In this document: positions 28,688 through 32,000 of the stretch, piece by piece
How the letters are laid out: each line of letters begins with the position of its first letter
Position numbering within the stretch: position 1 is the stretch's first letter
Origin: Candidatus Electrothrix yaqonensis
Lineage (GTDB): Bacteria; Desulfobacterota; Desulfobulbia; Desulfobulbales; Desulfobulbaceae
Length of the DNA stretch: 32,000 bases
NCBI GenBank assembly: GCA_047651235.1
Contig: CP178758.1
Location: forward strand, 3,540,001 to 3,572,000
Direction of reading: 5' to 3'
Position numbers and translations under genes: made by a program
Notes under the pieces: generated by a model
Database searches by the model: none
What the model was told of the DNA's origin: nothing
Seen by the model: the letters and a program-made list of their open reading frames with translations, nothing else

Positions 28688-31036
28688 ATGACTGATAACA
28701 ATTCTCATGAACACAATGAAGTTGTACCCCACCGCATAATTCTACAAGTTAGCGAACGAATTAAAAGCGAGGATCCGAAACAGATTGTCAAGTTGATGAT
28801 GAGCGACAAACTAGGCCCATGGTCAAGGCTCATCAAGGATTTTCCAGAGTTGAAAGTGCGGACACGTTGGCGAGCCAAAAAATCAGGTGAAATTAGAGAG
28901 CTAATCGCCAAGGCGCGAGAACTTGATCCAAACTATCAGCCTGGACCAATCCTGAAGTACTTGGAGGTCGTATGCCCGAATGAGTATGATGTTGATAAAG
29001 TGCTGGAGTCGCTTATGGTGTGGGCGACAATTCACACAGCTTGGGTAGCCCCTGAACCACAAGCACCACCGGTGGTAACTCCAGCTGATGATCCCCGTTC
29101 ACCCAATCAGGGGTATCTTGATCCTGCACCCGATGGTATCGATGCGGAATTTGCCTGGACCATTCCTGGTGGCGATGGTGCCAATCAGAGCTTTGTCGAT
29201 ATTGAATGGGGATGGACACTCAACCATGAAGATCTTACAGCACACAGCATTACCCTTCTCTCCGGATTAAACAATGGTTATGAGGGACATGGAACCGCTG
29301 TTTTGGGTGAAGTCGCCGCAGTGGACAATACAGTTGGCTGTGTCGGAATTACACCGGAGCTTGATTCAGTGAGCGTAATCGGTCAATGGCGCACTGCAAC
29401 AAATTATGACATTGCTGATGCCATACTGGATGCCTGTGACCGCATGGATTTTGGTGAAGTTTTACTCCTTGAGGCGCACAGTGATTACAACGGATTTCGT
29501 CTTGTTCCTGTTGAGGCCCATGATGACACCTTTGAGATGATCCGCCTAGCCACTGCATTGGGTATTATCGTGGTGGAGGCTGGTGGAAATGGCGGTGAAG
29601 ACCTAGATCTTGTAACCAATCCTGCCGGCGATAACTTTTTTGATCCTTCAGACGCCTCTTTTCGTGACTCCGGTGCAATTATCGTCGGTGCTGCATCCTC
29701 AGCCGCACCCCATACACGTATGGGATTCAGTAGCCATGGTGCACGTATCGATTGCTATGGCTGGGGTCAGAATGTGAATTCAACCGGAGATGGTTGGACT
29801 GGCACCTCAACCACTGTCTACACGGGGACATTCAGTGGTACTTCCAGCGCTTCTCCCATCATTGCAGGTGCTGCACTTTCCGTTCAGGGCGTTGCTGAGG
29901 CGGGATTTGGGTTACGTTTTTCACCGATGCAGATGCGGGAAATACTGACCAATCCGGCGACATCCACAGCATCAAACGATCCTGCGGTTGATCGTATTGG
30001 TGTAATGCCAAACCTACGAGCTATCATAGAGGATGGCGAGATCAATCTGAGGCCAGATGTGTATATACGTGACTACATCGGTGATGATGGTGATGCGCAT
30101 AGTAGCAGTATTTCGGCTAGCCCTGATGTCATACTCGTTCCTGCAACGGTTGGTGATCCCAATGCAGCCTTTGGTCACGGTAGCGGCACAGAGAACGACA
30201 ATACTCTGGGCCATGAGGCTACAGGTGGACAGGATAATTATATCTATGTCCGATGCCTTAACCGTGGTGGTGGAGACGGCACTAACACGACAGCTCGTAT
30301 ATTCTGGTCACCGCCTTCAACACTGGTTACTCCCGATCTGTGGACACCAGTCGGCAACGTAACATTGTCAAATGTACCGATTGGGGAAATCCTTACCGTG
30401 AGTGACGCCCTAACATGGCCAAACGCTGATATCCCAGCGCCCGGACACTATTGCTTTGTTGCGATCCTTGATCAGGCTCAGGACCCAGGTCCTACACCTG
30501 TCGATTTCCTCGATTGGGACAATTTCCGATCATTTATCCGGGAAAACAATAATGTGACATGGCGTAACTTTAATGTGGTACCTAGCTCACCACCACCAGG
30601 CAATAAAATGATACGTCAGCCATTCCTGATGGCCGGTGCTTTCGACAAAGCACGCAAAATGCGTCTAGAAGTCACAATGCGTCTGCCCAAAGATGCTAAG
30701 GTGCAATTGAGAATACCTGAACACCTTGCTGAATGTATCCAACGCATACGCTCACCATTTACGAAGCAGGAGCGCAAAAAACGCACTGTTCTTGTGCCCC
30801 TCAATCCACATGGGCGTACGAGATTTTGCGATGTCATTTTACCTGCAAAAGGAAGGTATGAGTTGGAGCTTCTGGTGAGCATTCCTAAAGAAGCAAGAAA
30901 CCACTCCTACCTTGGTTGGGCCGCTCAGTTTGAGGAAGAGCAAGAGCTTGGTCGCGTTACCTGGCAATTTGCTTCAGAAGATGTGTTTGAAAAACGTGAT
31001 GCCCACCTTAAACGGTTTATGAAACGTAAATGCTGA
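28688..31036 (+). CDS. Cassette 3: S8 (subtilisin-like) serine peptidase with extended N- and C-terminal regions
   Basis: Open from 28652. ATG 28688 is best spaced from RBS AAGGAG (ATG 28682 is also possible). Catalytic triad contexts FVDIEWGW (Asp), GHGTAVLGEV (His) and GTFSGTSSASPIIAGAA (Ser). No obvious signal peptide. Confidence 0.85.
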   Translation: MTDNNSHEHNEVVPHRIILQVSERIKSEDPKQIVKLMMSDKLGPWSRLIKDFPELKVRTRWRAKKSGEIRELIAKARELDPNYQPGPILKYLEVVCPNEYDVDKVLESLMVWATIHTAWVAPEPQAPPVVTPADDPRSPNQGYLDPAPDGIDAEFAWTIPGGDGANQSFVDIEWGWTLNHEDLTAHSITLLSGLNNGYEGHGTAVLGEVAAVDNTVGCVGITPELDSVSVIGQWRTATNYDIADAILDACDRMDFGEVLLLEAHSDYNGFRLVPVEAHDDTFEMIRLATALGIIVVEAGGNGGEDLDLVTNPAGDNFFDPSDASFRDSGAIIVGAASSAAPHTRMGFSSHGARIDCYGWGQNVNSTGDGWTGTSTTVYTGTFSGTSSASPIIAGAALSVQGVAEAGFGLRFSPMQMREILTNPATSTASNDPAVDRIGVMPNLRAIIEDGEINLRPDVYIRDYIGDDGDAHSSSISASPDVILVPATVGDPNAAFGHGSGTENDNTLGHEATGGQDNYIYVRCLNRGGGDGTNTTARIFWSPPSTLVTPDLWTPVGNVTLSNVPIGEILTVSDALTWPNADIPAPGHYCFVAILDQAQDPGPTPVDFLDWDNFRSFIRENNNVTWRNFNVVPSSPPPGNKMIRQPFLMAGAFDKARKMRLEVTMRLPKDAKVQLRIPEHLAECIQRIRSPFTKQERKKRTVLVPLNPHGRTRFCDVILPAKGRYELELLVSIPKEARNHSYLGWAAQFEEEQELGRVTWQFASEDVFEKRDAHLKRFMKRKC

Positions 31037-31038
31037 AA

Positions 31039-31120
31039 AGCTAACAAGGCAAATGCACTCGGACGCCAAAAAGCGCCGCTCCTTCGTCGCTCTGCTTTTT
31101 GGCGTCGGTGATTTGCGGCG
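31039..31120 (+). other. attC of cassette 3 (82 nt)
   Basis: R'' AGCTAAC (31039-31045) is the exact reverse complement of G+TTAGCT at the cassette start (28593-28598). Inverted repeats CAAATGCACTCGGACGCCAAAAAGC / GCTTTTTGGCGTCGGTGATTTG with unpaired bases. Terminal G at 31120. Confidence 0.85.
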
Positions 31121-31299
31121 TTCCAAAGGCGCGCCCCTTCGGGCCACGCCTTTGGAATGCCGAGTTGACCGTACCGGCCCAACATTTGATTCCTGCGGCG
31201 CTGCGCGCCTTCGGAACCAAACGTTGGACTCGAAATTTTCCCGCAATAATCAACCGCAAGCGGCCATTATACCAGGAAAATTCCGGTCAACTCGGCATT
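31121..31299 (+). repeat. Junction element copy D (179 nt) at cassette 3|cassette 4
   Basis: Identical by eye to copies A and C. Followed by TTGGGC. Confidence 0.95.
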
Positions 31300-31368
31300 G
31301 GGCGACGTGAAAAAGCACAGCATAGGAAGCTAAAGCTATCCACCTTAAAGTTATGGCAATATTAAAAT

Positions 31369-32000
31369 ATGAGAACTGCAATGCTGGAAAATCCCAAAGT
31401 ACTTGATTTTGAGTCAGTACAAAATAGAAATAAAATTGAACCATTAGCATCTCATCGGGTTGTCCAATTCATACGAGACGGCGCCACAATTTGTTTAGGT
31501 GATTCATTGAAAATGTATAAACATTGGCTACCACCTACAGTCATTATTTCTGATGGTCCATACGGTCTTGGTTCATATGAAGGAGACCCACATACACCTG
31601 AAAACCTTGCAGATTTTTACGCTGCTCACCTATCCGAATGGAGCAAATACTCCAAACCGAATACTACTTTATGGTTTTGGAACTCCGAACTTGGTTGGGC
31701 AAATGTGCATAATTCAATCCAACAAAACGGTTGGGAATTTCGAAATTGTCACATCTGGAATAAGGGTATTGGCCATATAGCCGGGAACGCAAATACTAAA
31801 ACTTTAAGAAAATTTCCGGTTATTACAGAAGTATGCGTACAGTATGTAAGGAAAGTTGAATTCTCTGTTAATGATCAATTTCTATCCATTAAGGATTGGC
31901 TTCGCCATGAGTGGCAAAGAACAGGTTTGCCTTTTTGTAAAACAAATGAAGCTTGTGGAGTGAAAAATGCTGCTACGAGGAAATATTTTACAAAATGTCA
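31369..32000 (+). CDS. Cassette 4 (partial, runs off window): N6/N4 DNA methyltransferase (beta-class-like)
   Basis: Frame 1 is open from ATG 31369 (or 31381) to the window end; it is not in the ORF track because there is no stop. Motifs VIISDGPYG ((D/S)PPY-type) and TLWFW are typical of N-4/N-6 DNA methylases. Confidence 0.7.
   Translation, partial: MRTAMLENPKVLDFESVQNRNKIEPLASHRVVQFIRDGATICLGDSLKMYKHWLPPTVIISDGPYGLGSYEGDPHTPENLADFYAAHLSEWSKYSKPNTTLWFWNSELGWANVHNSIQQNGWEFRNCHIWNKGIGHIAGNANTKTLRKFPVITEVCVQYVRKVEFSVNDQFLSIKDWLRHEWQRTGLPFCKTNEACGVKNAATRKYFTKC

Noticed and set aside
23481-31299. Regularly repeated identical sequence, considered as a CRISPR array.
   Set aside because: The repeats are 179 nt and the spacers are 1.3-3.3 kb, each containing a full gene plus an attC site next to an integron integrase. 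This is not CRISPR geometry.

Overview
This looks like a chromosomal segment from a moderately GC-rich, selenocysteine-using bacterium; the tRNA-Sec gene and gene content suggest a Desulfobacterota-like organism, but that is only a guess. Housekeeping genes are trkH-trkA, metG, a fused PBP-MscS-cNMP channel, a HAD-like protein and recB. They are interrupted by three visibly AT-richer accessory regions (composition judged by eye, not computed).

(1) 301-1120: a decayed IS630-family transposase.

(2) 4505-9265: a ~4.8 kb island at tRNA-Leu(UAA), bounded by a 50-bp direct repeat of the tRNA 3' half. It carries a 930-aa secreted protein with four 95-aa tandem repeats, and a Panacea(DUF4065)-Fic toxin-antitoxin pair. 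The Fic gene is frameshifted just before its HPFNDGNGR motif.

(3) 22293 to the window end: a complete integron. It has an intact intI (minus strand), an attI region and at least four cassettes on the plus strand:
- a secreted tandem AbfB/beta-trefoil lectin-like protein
- a ~1017-aa M6-like HExxH metallopeptidase
- a ~780-aa S8 subtilase
- a partial DNA methyltransferase

The most unusual observation is an essentially identical, highly structured 179-nt non-coding element at every junction of this array: attI|cassette 1 and each attC|next cassette. It sits exactly at the G|TT crossover point. Joining its two ends recreates a perfect 25-bp helix with an internal segment, so it behaves like an attC-only mini-cassette, but with a non-canonical AAT/ATT core. 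It also carries a consensus extended -10 motif. I cannot match it to any element class I know. All calls are from manual reading; no database search was possible.
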